This document shows, in pieces, positions 45,737 through 55,392 of a stretch of DNA of 64,000 nt. The notes beneath the pieces are model-generated. The model did not search any database and was not told where the DNA came from. It saw nothing but the letters and a program-made list of their open reading frames with translations. The position numbers and the translations under genes are program-made. This DNA is from Clostridiales bacterium DTU069 (lineage in GTDB: Bacteria > Bacillota > Clostridia > DSM-8532): positions 38,774 to 102,773 of the forward strand of contig LFRV01000074.1 of assembly GCA_001512485.1 (NCBI GenBank), written 5' to 3'. How positions within the stretch are numbered: the stretch's first letter is position 1; every line of letters begins with the position of its first letter.

Positions 45737-47098
45737 GATATCGCCGCGTTCTTTTAGATCGGAAATGATCCTGTTATACATTTCTTCGTCAATCCTGTAC
45801 TTAAGCCTGTATATCAAATACCCGGCAAGTATGCACAGCAAAGGGATGCCAAGCATCGACAACTTTAAAATCAAAAGTCCCTGCGCCGTTACATCCTCTT
45901 TTGATACGGCAGTGCTTATGCCCGATATTATCACGGTCGCACCGACTATACCGCTCGCTACGGCTCCGCCCATCTTATTTATGAAAGGCTGCAGCGAGAG
46001 CGTGATACTGTCATTGCGCCTGCCGAGCTTCCATTGGCCGTATTCAATCGTATCGGCGAGGAACATCAGCATCAGCAGTTGTATAAAAGCTTCGCCGAGG
46101 AATATCAGGACACCGGCTACGCCGATATATTTCATATCCGCCGGGGATAGGAAAAACAGCACGTAGCCGACGACAACAAAAACGGTGGCACCGGCATAAA
46201 GCTTCTTTCTGTCAAAGTGCCTGCTGAATACCGGGAATACCGCGAGCGCTATAATCTGCGACACGCCGAGAACAAGCGCAAATATCGAATACATGTTCTC
46301 ATCGCCATACGCGTATTTGAAATAGTACAGCCCGAAGCTTGTCGTAGTGGTATATCCAATCATGAACAGCGCCATCGCTATCGTTGTATATAAAAGCTGA
46401 TCATTGTGAAAGATAACCTTGAACATCCCCTTAAGGGTTGTTGCGGATTCCTGCTTAAAAACACCTTTTAGTTCCCTGACCCCGAAAAGAGTTATTGATT
46501 GGCCGAGCAGCATCAATAATGCTATGATGACTGAAAAAACAAAATACGCTTTTGTCATGCTCCCAAAAATATTCCCCAAAGCCTCCGTTACCGGAACAAT
46601 GCCCACAACCACCGCAAAAAGACCTACATCCGCGCAGATTCGCGCAAAAGCCCCTATTTTTTCGCGTTCTTTCTGATCGATGCTCAGTGACGGAAGCATT
46701 GACCAGTAACCGATATCATTTGCGGTAAAACTTACATCCCAACAGAGATAGACTATTGTAAACATGACAACGTATGCGGTTCCCCTAAGGCCGAAATCGG
46801 TATACAAAAGAACTGTGAATATACCGGTCAGTACTGCTCCGACAGCAATCCAGGGTTTGAATTTTCCGAATCTGCTGTTAGTATTGTCAATAAAAATACC
46901 CATTATCGGATCATTTACGGCATCAAAAACCCTGGCCGCGAACAGGATACCGGTAAGCCACCATAGCGTCGAATCAGGCAGATCCAATATGTCTGTCAGA
47001 TAAAACATCAGGTACATGCTCACGAGTGCGTACAGCATATCCCTTCCTATCGTTCCGAGCCCGAATGTGATGCGGTTGCGGTTTATTCCCGATTTCAT
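45704..47098 (-). CDS. Glycoside-pentoside-hexuronide (GPH):cation symporter (MelB/YicJ-like)
   Basis: 464-aa 12-TM ORF with the N-terminal FGLGTIGRDMLYALVSMYLMFYLTD typical of the GPH family. The last residues (RDRGTGPLSQ) are read from the repeat array. Confidence 0.85.
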   Translation of the reverse strand: MKSGINRNRITFGLGTIGRDMLYALVSMYLMFYLTDILDLPDSTLWWLTGILFAARVFDAVNDPIMGIFIDNTNSRFGKFKPWIAVGAVLTGIFTVLLYTDFGLRGTAYVVMFTIVYLCWDVSFTANDIGYWSMLPSLSIDQKEREKIGAFARICADVGLFAVVVGIVPVTEALGNIFGSMTKAYFVFSVIIALLMLLGQSITLFGVRELKGVFKQESATTLKGMFKVIFHNDQLLYTTIAMALFMIGYTTTTSFGLYYFKYAYGDENMYSIFALVLGVSQIIALAVFPVFSRHFDRKKLYAGATVFVVVGYVLFFLSPADMKYIGVAGVLIFLGEAFIQLLMLMFLADTIEYGQWKLGRRNDSITLSLQPFINKMGGAVASGIVGATVIISGISTAVSKEDVTAQGLLILKLSMLGIPLLCILAGYLIYRLKYRIDEEMYNRIISDLKERGDIRDRGTGPLSQ

Positions 47099-47130
47099 AC
47101 GGAGACCTCCTTGAAAATATAAAATTAACG

Positions 47131-49470
47131 TTACGAAGCACGGCTTTTTTCAATAATATATAAATTGGAGCCGAAATCCCCCAGAAGGCGCGTTTTATTA
47201 TTGTAATGGCTCCCCATAAACTGGTTGTTCAGCTTTATTCCGGCCATTAGCATGTCCCCGAAGGCCTCGTATTCCTCTACGCAGTCGGTCAGCGCGTAAT
47301 ACCTGTTGGACGTTCGAAGCAGAAATCCGTCCGGATTCAATGAAAACGGCATAATATGTTTTACGAGCCCGCCGAATGTTTTTAGGAAAAGGCTTTGCGG
47401 ATAAGTCTTTACCGTGTATTTCGAATTCGGGTCAAGGCCTTCCAGCGGCAGAAAGTCGTAACTTTCGCTCGGAGACGCAAAGGTTTGGAAAAAGCCGGCT
47501 ATTACCTCTTTTCCGTCCTCGGCCAGGCATTCAAAATGGACCTTGTTGTTTTTTTGCGGCGTAAGCCTGTAAAAACGTCCGTATTGAAAAGTTCTGCGGT
47601 GTTTTTTATAAAATTCGATCTGCCTTTTGATTTCTTTCCTCTCAACGGCGGACAGGTATTTCAAATCCATCTCATAACCAAGACAGCCGAAACACGCCGC
47701 ATTAAATCTTGTAGATAAAGGGGAGTTTCTGAGGGTTTGCTGGTGGGGCGCATCGGATACATGCGCTCCTATCGTTGACAGCGGGTATAAATATGACAGC
47801 CCTTTTTGTATTTTAAGCCGTTCCATCGGATCGGTATTATCGGATGCCCAGATTTGCTGTGAATAGCAAAGCATGCCGAGATCAAAACGGTTTCCGCCGC
47901 TTGAACAGCTTTCAACAAGTATATGAGTCCGCTTATGAAAAATCCTGCCCAAAATGTCGTACAAACCCATTACATACCGGTGGAAAAACTCGCCCTGGTT
48001 ACCGACGCAGACCGAAAACGCGTCGCTTATATGTCGGTTCATGTCCCATTTAACATACGAGGCTTTTGTTTGATCAAGAATTCTTCCGACGTTTTCAACT
48101 ATATAATCCCTGACATCGGGATTGCATAAATCAAGCACGAGCTGATTCCGCCCGAGTGCCGGCTTTTTGCCCGGCGTCGTAACTGCATATTCGGGATGCA
48201 AACGGTATAAGTCGCTGTCGATGTTAACCATTTCAGGCTCAAACCATAAGCCGAATTCCAGGCCGATCTTTCGTATTTTTTCAGCAAAACGGGCAAGTCC
48301 CTTAGGGAATTTTTTCGGGTTCACTGTATAATCGCCAAGCCCGGCGTTATCATCATCCCTTTTCCCAAACCATCCGTCGTCAAGAACAAACAGTTCTACA
48401 CCGAGCTTTTTCGCGCTTCGCGCCAAACGAAGGAGTTTTCTTTCATTGTATTTAAAAAAAAACGATTCCCATGTATTAATGACAACAGGGCGCTCTTTAC
48501 CCTTCCAATCCCCGCGTATGATATGATTGTTTATAAAATCGTGGAAATTATGGCTCACGCCGTTAAAACCGATTGCGCTGAAGGTCATTACGGCTTCGGG
48601 GGTTTCGAATGATTCACCCTTTTCCAAAACCCATTCAAAGCAGTGCGGATTAATGCCGAGATTAACGCGCACAAGCCTGTGGTTCGACAATTCGACGGCG
48701 CCGTAGTGGTTTGCGCTGTATATAAGATTAAAGCCGTAAACATAGCCGTGCTGCTCCGCCGCCCCGCGCTCGGCAAGCAGAAACCCGGGGTTGTGCCTGT
48801 TACTGCTTGTCCCCGTTGTTGATGAGTTTACAAACATGCCGTACTCCAAAGGCCGTTCGTGACGGTTTGCTTCTTTTATCCATCCGCCGTCAAACGTAAC
48901 GAAATCGAAATTGCGATCGGGCAAATCGAGCATAAGGCTCATCAGGCGCCTTATGGTCAGCGGCTTGTCATTGCGGTTTTCCAAAACCGCGCGCCGCGTA
49001 ATAACATTTGTTTTTTCGTAGACAGTGTAATACATAATAAGATAAACATCGTTCGATTCATCTTTGAGCGTTATTTCAACCGACGCGCATTCGGTTTCGG
49101 AGCCGTATGCGGACGGCAGCGTTTTGATTGGTACATGCCCGTCAATTATCCTGTGGGATATGTATTTAAAATCGCAGTTAAAAGATCCGTCCGGCATTTT
49201 TATTTCGGCGGGGGAATGACGGAAATCACCTTTCCCGATGCCCGACCATTCAAGGCATAGATTATCAAGGCAGTATGTAGGATCCGATTCATCATAGCAG
49301 ACGCTTGTCCCTATTGCCGCAGTCCGCTTGAGCGCGAGAGCGTCGGGAGGCTGTTCTTTCAGCCTTGGGCCATAAAAAATATGCTCAAGGTGGCCAAAAA
49401 CCGTTACTCTAAACCAGTAACTCGTATTTTCGGTTGTTAGCCGGAACAGGCCGTCCTTAAATTCAATCAC
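47131..49470 (-). CDS. Alpha-galactosidase, GH36
   Basis: 779-aa ORF with FVLDDGWFGKRDDDNAGLGDY, YVKWDMNR and the CSSGGNRFD motifs characteristic of GH36. Confidence 0.9.
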   Translation of the reverse strand: MIEFKDGLFRLTTENTSYWFRVTVFGHLEHIFYGPRLKEQPPDALALKRTAAIGTSVCYDESDPTYCLDNLCLEWSGIGKGDFRHSPAEIKMPDGSFNCDFKYISHRIIDGHVPIKTLPSAYGSETECASVEITLKDESNDVYLIMYYTVYEKTNVITRRAVLENRNDKPLTIRRLMSLMLDLPDRNFDFVTFDGGWIKEANRHERPLEYGMFVNSSTTGTSSNRHNPGFLLAERGAAEQHGYVYGFNLIYSANHYGAVELSNHRLVRVNLGINPHCFEWVLEKGESFETPEAVMTFSAIGFNGVSHNFHDFINNHIIRGDWKGKERPVVINTWESFFFKYNERKLLRLARSAKKLGVELFVLDDGWFGKRDDDNAGLGDYTVNPKKFPKGLARFAEKIRKIGLEFGLWFEPEMVNIDSDLYRLHPEYAVTTPGKKPALGRNQLVLDLCNPDVRDYIVENVGRILDQTKASYVKWDMNRHISDAFSVCVGNQGEFFHRYVMGLYDILGRIFHKRTHILVESCSSGGNRFDLGMLCYSQQIWASDNTDPMERLKIQKGLSYLYPLSTIGAHVSDAPHQQTLRNSPLSTRFNAACFGCLGYEMDLKYLSAVERKEIKRQIEFYKKHRRTFQYGRFYRLTPQKNNKVHFECLAEDGKEVIAGFFQTFASPSESYDFLPLEGLDPNSKYTVKTYPQSLFLKTFGGLVKHIMPFSLNPDGFLLRTSNRYYALTDCVEEYEAFGDMLMAGIKLNNQFMGSHYNNKTRLLGDFGSNLYIIEKSRAS

Positions 49471-49521
49471 AGGCTCCCCTCCTTAATAGTGCGGAAACTT
49501 TAAATGAAGAGTTTATATCAT

Positions 49522-51132
49522 TCACGTCTTAATGATAACGGCTTCGTAAGGCTTAAGAACACCGCCTGAAAACCCCGTTTTATAGTTTGATATGATAACT
49601 TCACCATCATAGTCAAACTTCTGCGGCCGGGACGAAAAGTTCAGGGCTATAATAAGGCTTTGCTCTCCGTATCTTCGTTTATACGCAAAAAGATGCTTTT
49701 TTATTTTCAGTGCTTCAAAGTCCCCGTACTTTAATACATCACTTCCGGCTCGCAGCTTAATCATCGTTTTGTAAAAATTGCGGATCGAGTCCGGGTTATC
49801 AATCTGCGACTCCATATTAATACACGTGTAATTCGGGTTTACGGGAAGCCACGGTTTACCCGTAGTAAAACCCGCATTTGGCCCGTCATTCCACTGCATT
49901 GGCGTGCGCGCGTTATCCCTCGTGGTCTTTTTAATCATTTTCCAGCTTATCTTTTCGGGTATATGAAGCCGTTTCGCCATACGGTAAACATTATGCGATT
50001 CGACATCCTTTATCTGATCGAGCGACGTAAAGTCAAAGTTTGTCATGCCGATTTCCTGCCCCTGGTAAATAAACGGCGTTCCTTTCAGTGTCAGCAGCAG
50101 AACGCCCAGCATCTTCGCGGATTCGCTCCAATACGTACCGTCATCGCCGAAGCGCGAAACGCTCCTGGGCTGGTCGTGGTTTTCAAGGTAATTCGCATTC
50201 CATTCGAGAGCGTTCTGCCAGCGGGAAACAGTCCTGCCGAACCTCTCCGCGTTAAACTTCCTCTTAAACCATTTAACATAGAACTGGTCTGCTTCCATAT
50301 GCTCAAAAGAAAAGAGCATATCCAGTTCCCTGCGTTCGGAATCACAAAAATCTTTTGCCGTTTCAGGTGTTATGAAAACCGTTTCGCCGACGGTAAAGCA
50401 GTCATAATGATCCAAAACGTCATGCCTTAAGCTGCGAAGAATCTCGTGGGTTCCCTGCTGGGATATGTAATGCTCCATGCCCGTAAGAGCAAGCCTTTTT
50501 CTGCCGTCTTCAAGAGATGTTTTGTACAAAACGTTTATAACATCGCAGCGAAAACCCGATATGCCTTTGTCGAGCCAGAACCGCATGATATTTTTGACTT
50601 CCTCGAGAACTTTCGGGTTATAGTAATTTAAGTCGGGCTGTTTTTTTGAAAACAAATGCAGGTAATACTCGCCGCTTTTATCGTCATATTCCCAGCAATC
50701 CTCGGCAAAAAAGCTTGTCCAGTTGTTGGGCGGCTTTCCGTCCCTGCCCGGCCTCCATATGTAATAATCGCGGTATGGGCTGTTTTTATCCCTGCTTTGC
50801 TGAAACCACGCGTGTTCATCGGACGTGTGGTTAATGACGAGATCCATTATAATTTTGATATCACGCTTATCCGCTTCTTTGATTAGCAGCTCCATATCGG
50901 CCATCGTTCCGTATTCAGGGTTAATATCGTAATAATCGCTTATATCATACCCATAGTCGGCGTTAGGAGACGGATATACCGGGCTTAGCCATATAATGCC
51001 TATGCCTAAATCGGAAAGCACGTCAAGATGCCGGATAATACCCTGGATATCGCCGATTCCGTCGCCGTTCGTATCCTGAAAACTCCGGGGATAAATCTGA
51101 TAGACCACACGTTCCTTCCACCATTTTTCCAT
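49522..51132 (-). CDS. GH13 alpha-glucosidase (oligo-1,6-glucosidase subfamily)
   Basis: MEKWWKERVVYQIYPRSFQDTNGDGIGD, DLVINHTSDEH, GFRCDVI and ENHDQPR motifs are present. The start is set at the internal ATG; the ORF is open to 51198. Confidence 0.88.
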   Translation of the reverse strand: MEKWWKERVVYQIYPRSFQDTNGDGIGDIQGIIRHLDVLSDLGIGIIWLSPVYPSPNADYGYDISDYYDINPEYGTMADMELLIKEADKRDIKIIMDLVINHTSDEHAWFQQSRDKNSPYRDYYIWRPGRDGKPPNNWTSFFAEDCWEYDDKSGEYYLHLFSKKQPDLNYYNPKVLEEVKNIMRFWLDKGISGFRCDVINVLYKTSLEDGRKRLALTGMEHYISQQGTHEILRSLRHDVLDHYDCFTVGETVFITPETAKDFCDSERRELDMLFSFEHMEADQFYVKWFKRKFNAERFGRTVSRWQNALEWNANYLENHDQPRSVSRFGDDGTYWSESAKMLGVLLLTLKGTPFIYQGQEIGMTNFDFTSLDQIKDVESHNVYRMAKRLHIPEKISWKMIKKTTRDNARTPMQWNDGPNAGFTTGKPWLPVNPNYTCINMESQIDNPDSIRNFYKTMIKLRAGSDVLKYGDFEALKIKKHLFAYKRRYGEQSLIIALNFSSRPQKFDYDGEVIISNYKTGFSGGVLKPYEAVIIKT

Positions 51133-51210
51133 ACAACCACATCCAAAAAACTGTTTTATCCAAACAATATTTAAATATAGGCTTAACCTGCCCGGCAAAA
51201 GCCAAATATA

Positions 51211-52074
51211 TCATTTTGCTAAATATATATCCGCGTTTTCATTTATCCAGTTAGTAATATTCTCATCGGCTTCCTTCGGATAACTTAACCGAAGTTTATT
51301 CGCTGTTTCGACCGAGAGCCTGCGGAATAAATTCATCGCAGCCAACAGCGCCCGAAAGCTATCGGCTTTTTCATAAAGGCTATAAGTGTTTTTTAATTCT
51401 TCCAATGTATTTTGATCAACCCATTCATGAAGAAACCGCCCCGCATGCCAAACGTCATGGTCATTGCCGTGCATGGCTTTTGCATGCCATTCCATCATCT
51501 GAAGCAATAATGCTCTCAGATCGTTTTCTTTTGTTTTAGCAGTCCATAGCTCACCGCGAAAGATTTGTTTGGCTATATAAACTGAAGCAAACAAAAACAT
51601 ATTAATAGTTTGAATAAAAGCTGTTTCGCTGATTGCCGAAGATTTCGGTTTAAATACTGATGGAACTATATAACCGCTGACATTATCCTTGTCGACTAAT
51701 ACCCTGACTCCCCTGTAAAAACTATCCGGAGTTATGCGATCTTTAGCCATCAGTCGTAAATCATTACTAGAATGAAATACGATATCAACCTGGTAGCCGC
51801 CCTCGAATACAGTTAGACGTTCGGGTTCGCCGCTCGAAGTATGATAGACAAATGTCGCCCAGATACTACCTAATGTTTCCAGCCAGTCAGTATTATATAT
51901 ATAAAACTCATGGTTATTTGCATACAAAATAATATCCAAATCAGACCATTTGTCTGCCGAATGATCAGTTCGCGCTCTTGAACCCACAATAAATGCGGCC
52001 CTTATGTCATCTGTTTTTCCCGCCCATGACAAAAAAGCATCTTCAAACCTGTTAAAAAACTCATCTGTTTTCAT
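51211..52074 (-). CDS. Aminoglycoside 6-adenylyltransferase-like nucleotidyltransferase (AadK/ANT(6) family)
   Basis: 287 aa counted from the ATG with an AAAGGTGG RBS. IRAAFIVGSRARTDHSADKWSDLDIILY resembles the ANT(6) N-terminal nucleotidyltransferase fold. The ORF is open to 52185. Confidence 0.65.
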   Translation of the reverse strand: MKTDEFFNRFEDAFLSWAGKTDDIRAAFIVGSRARTDHSADKWSDLDIILYANNHEFYIYNTDWLETLGSIWATFVYHTSSGEPERLTVFEGGYQVDIVFHSSNDLRLMAKDRITPDSFYRGVRVLVDKDNVSGYIVPSVFKPKSSAISETAFIQTINMFLFASVYIAKQIFRGELWTAKTKENDLRALLLQMMEWHAKAMHGNDHDVWHAGRFLHEWVDQNTLEELKNTYSLYEKADSFRALLAAMNLFRRLSVETANKLRLSYPKEADENITNWINENADIYLAK

Positions 52075-52210
52075 AAACTGAAAACCACCTTTTAGCATAA
52101 TACTTTTATTGTGCTTCAGGCAATGGTGCGGACTATTGCGGTCAACCAGCCGACTGCGCAGTTTTAATTTACTAAGGTATACCATGCACGGAATTTCGCG
52201 CCATTAACAT

Positions 52211-52984
52211 TTATCGTTTCGGCTTTGCGGTAAAAAAGAACCTCGGGAACCTGAAAATAATGTCGCCGTTCTTTTGTTTCGGGTATCTTCGCACTATATT
52301 TTCCATAAAATCGGCTTCAAATTCGGTTTTCTTATCGTCGGGCAAAACATCAAGGTAAGGCCGCAGCCCGGTGCCGCGGTACCATTCCAGAATATCATTA
52401 TGGGATTTCATAACATGGTAATAGACAGTTTCCCAAATATGAAACTCTTCCGATATCTCGGATAAAATATCAAAGTATTCACTTTGACTCAGCGTGTAAT
52501 AAACCGAAGGGTTTATGAAATATTTCTTCCATTTTCCAGAAGCTGTGAGCTCGCTGACGATTTTATGGATAGGCTCGTTAAAATTCATCGGGATTTGAAC
52601 CGCAAGAATGCCGTTTCTTTTTAATAAGTTCAGCATATTCGTTATAAGATTTGCATGGTCCGGTATCCATTGGATACACGCATTTGAGAAGACAATATCG
52701 AAGTCGCTGTCTAACTGGGACAGTTCAGTTCCGGCATCACATATATTGAAATCCAGGTTTGGGTAACTCTTTTTTGCCGCTGATATCATTTCTTCAGATT
52801 TATCCACGCCGACGATATAAGCATCCGGAAATCTGCCTGCCAAAACCTGCGTACTGTTTCCCGGCCCGCAGCCTATATCTATTATTTTTTCAGGGTTGTC
52901 CACGTTAATGCGATTAACCAGATCGATGGCAGGCTGCGTGCGTTCGGCTTTAAATTTCAAATACTGACTGGAATCCCAATCCAT
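52211..52984 (-). CDS. tam: Trans-aconitate 2-methyltransferase-like SAM-dependent methyltransferase
   Basis: 257-aa ORF with MDWDSSQYLKFKAERTQPAIDLVNRI and the SAM motif IIDIGCGPGNST. Confidence 0.75.
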   Translation of the reverse strand: MDWDSSQYLKFKAERTQPAIDLVNRINVDNPEKIIDIGCGPGNSTQVLAGRFPDAYIVGVDKSEEMISAAKKSYPNLDFNICDAGTELSQLDSDFDIVFSNACIQWIPDHANLITNMLNLLKRNGILAVQIPMNFNEPIHKIVSELTASGKWKKYFINPSVYYTLSQSEYFDILSEISEEFHIWETVYYHVMKSHNDILEWYRGTGLRPYLDVLPDDKKTEFEADFMENIVRRYPKQKNGDIIFRFPRFFFTAKPKR

Positions 52985-53123
52985 AATATGAAACCTCCTA
53001 ATTGAATTGTAATCCGTACCGCTTTATCATGTCAAACAAAACCGGGACCTTCCCGCACCCATTTCCCGGTTTCTTTAAAATACATAATATCATATTTTAA
53101 CAATACAAACAGTAATTACATGC

Positions 53124-53151
53124 TAAAAGTAAACAAATTTGTGTCCGATAT
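53124..53151 (+). promoter_or_regulatory. Sigma-D (sigma-28)-like promoter of the MCP gene
   Basis: TAAA-17 nt-CCGATAT lies about 130 nt upstream of the MCP ATG. The spacing is one nt longer than the B. subtilis consensus TAAA-N15-GCCGATAT. Confidence 0.5.
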
Positions 53152-53280
53152 ATATTGTAACGATAATAAAGCCACTTCTTTGTCCACATCATTGTATTAT
53201 TTTGCCATTATTAATTTTGCGGAGTAAAAATTGATAATTTTTACAAGCTAAAAAAAATACCAATGACCAAGGGGGGTTTT

Positions 53281-55305
53281 ATGGCAAAAATCAAGTCGAT
53301 TTTGTCGCGTCTTTTTACATCCGGAAGTAACGGCTCCGATAAAAAATCCATCAGTCAGATTATAAAAAATAACACAAGAACAATGATTCTGATATTCGGC
53401 ATTGTTTCAATTGTCGTATCTGTTTTTGTGGCATTCTTTACATTGAACTCTGTACTGACGGATTCCGTCAAGGAAACGGCTGACCGTACCGCAACAATAG
53501 TCGAACTTGAGCTTAGCAGGTACAATTATATCTTACGGACAATGTCCATTGATAAGGTATTGATGTCTGAAACGGCAACCGTTGCGGAAAAATTGAGCCG
53601 CCTTAACGATTACGTGCGTCTGCATGGATTTGCTTCGGCAGTATGGATTAATGATCAAAAAATGGCGCATATAACAAACGATGTCACCGCGGATTTTTCA
53701 AACCGCGACTATCTTAATGACGCCATTGCAACAGGCCAGCCGACGGTTTCCAATGTATTTGTAGCGGTAGGAAGTGACTTCGCAATGAGCATAGTGCTGT
53801 GCTGTCCGGTATTTAATGAGAATCAGGAATATATAGGCGCAATCGGCACCGTTATTGACGCACAGCGTGTTACCGATCTCGTGAAGGAGTGTATTATCGG
53901 CGAACAAGGCCAGACTTTCATTGTAGACAGTAATGGAGTTATTGTCGCCCATCAGGATTATGACAATACTGTGGTAAACCAGCTCTCCGTAACGGAGTAT
54001 TATAAAGGTGCGGGCAGAATTGAAGATGCCGCGGTAAACAAAAAAAGCGGCATTATGAATATGTTTCTTGGCAAGAAATATTCTGTTGTAGCGTACCGCC
54101 AGATAGAAGGTTCCCGGGGATGGACGATTTTTGTAAGCGCATCCGTAACCGAATATATCACTCCTATTATTATCTGTCTGTTTATATTTATTGTAATTCT
54201 CGTCGTTTTAATGGTTATCTCCAGCGAAATTTCGAAGAAAAACGCCGAAAAACTTGCAATGCCGCTTAAACAGATTATTGAAAGACTTGAAAGACTTTCA
54301 GAAGGCGATCTTACGTCGGTTGCGGATCTTTCGACAACAACAACCGAAATGATTGAAATGAACAGGGCAATGAAAACCGCGGTTAATAACCTGAATAATA
54401 TTATTGTGAATATCAAGGAAAAACTTCTTCAGTTATCTAATGGAGACTTCAGATACGATATGGACAAAGAGCGGGATATTTATGTCGGTGATTTTGAAGC
54501 GTTGGTAGATTCCTTTATTAATGTAAAATCGATGTTATCTGTGGTTATAAATTCTATAAACGATACAAGCACACATGTCGCTTTGAGTGCGGACAACATG
54601 GCCGAGGGTTCGTCCAGTCTTGCTGAAAGTGTCGCAAACCAGAGCATTTCCGTAAATTCCGCCAATGACATTATTGAGCAAATAATTGAAGCCAGTAAAA
54701 AACAGGCTGAAAAATCGCAGGAACTTATTGTAAACATGAAAGAATCGACTGAAAAAATAGATACCGAATGTAAAGAAAGACTCGCCAATCTTAAACTGGC
54801 CATGAATGAAATTGTGAAGTCTTCGGCGGCAATTGAGTCGATTGTTGAAAATATAAGCGGTATTGCGAAACAGACATCACTGTTATCTTTGAATGCTTCA
54901 ATTGAAGCGGCAAGAGCGGGGGAACTGGGAAAAGGATTCGGTGTTGTAGCTGACGAAGTCGGTAAGCTGGCGAGTGAGAGCAGCGTTTCAGTAAGCAATA
55001 CGCATCGGCTCCTGTCGGAAGTAACGCAAGCGATTGAAAACAACAATTTGATAGTCAGCGATATAGAAAAATATTTCATGGAAGTATTAGAATACATTAA
55101 TCAGCTTGTTGGCTTTACGGAACAGGTAGTTGAGGACTTTATGAACAATTCACGGGAATCGCTTAAAATACAGCAGGAAATTAACGCTCTTACCACGACG
55201 ATAACCGACACATCAGCAACTGCCGAAGAATATGCAAGCATATCGGCTGAACTTGCCGAGCAGGCGGCAAAGCTGAAAGAAAACCTGAAAGTGTTCCAGG
55301 TATAA
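53281..55305 (+). CDS. Methyl-accepting chemotaxis protein (dCache-type sensor, HAMP, MA domain)
   Basis: Two TM helices flank a ~270-aa periplasmic-type domain, followed by a HAMP domain and a signalling hairpin ([33 protein letters not shown]). The start is at the ATG preceded by AAGGGGGG. Confidence 0.92.
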   Translation: MAKIKSILSRLFTSGSNGSDKKSISQIIKNNTRTMILIFGIVSIVVSVFVAFFTLNSVLTDSVKETADRTATIVELELSRYNYILRTMSIDKVLMSETATVAEKLSRLNDYVRLHGFASAVWINDQKMAHITNDVTADFSNRDYLNDAIATGQPTVSNVFVAVGSDFAMSIVLCCPVFNENQEYIGAIGTVIDAQRVTDLVKECIIGEQGQTFIVDSNGVIVAHQDYDNTVVNQLSVTEYYKGAGRIEDAAVNKKSGIMNMFLGKKYSVVAYRQIEGSRGWTIFVSASVTEYITPIIICLFIFIVILVVLMVISSEISKKNAEKLAMPLKQIIERLERLSEGDLTSVADLSTTTTEMIEMNRAMKTAVNNLNNIIVNIKEKLLQLSNGDFRYDMDKERDIYVGDFEALVDSFINVKSMLSVVINSINDTSTHVALSADNMAEGSSSLAESVANQSISVNSANDIIEQIIEASKKQAEKSQELIVNMKESTEKIDTECKERLANLKLAMNEIVKSSAAIESIVENISGIAKQTSLLSLNASIEAARAGELGKGFGVVADEVGKLASESSVSVSNTHRLLSEVTQAIENNNLIVSDIEKYFMEVLEYINQLVGFTEQVVEDFMNNSRESLKIQQEINALTTTITDTSATAEEYASISAELAEQAAKLKENLKVFQV

Positions 55306-55333
55306 AACATACAGGTATATTATTGCGATGCAA

Positions 55334-55367
55334 AGCAGAGGTTTTCGTCAGAAAACCCCTGCTTTTT
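55334..55367 (+). terminator. Rho-independent terminator after the MCP gene, between convergent genes
   Basis: AGCAGAGGTTTTC gtca GAAAACCCCTGCT (12 of 13 positions paired) followed by TTTTT. Confidence 0.75.
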
Positions 55368-55392
55368 CTTAAGCGTTTTTTATAACAAAAAT

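Noticed and set aside
46124-46131. A perfect GCCGATAT sigma-D -10 box on the plus strand inside the GPH transporter gene
   Set aside because: There is no TAAA-like -35 at the right spacing and no downstream plus-strand gene. It is most likely a chance 8-mer within coding sequence.
45484-46166. ORFs 45639-46166 (+) and 45484-45675 (-), which read through the GGGACA/TGTCCC array (MSPCLCPPGTGTMYLSPCP...)
   Set aside because: Their 5' parts are simply translations of the palindromic repeats. The remainder is antisense to the GPH transporter or lies in the promoter region.
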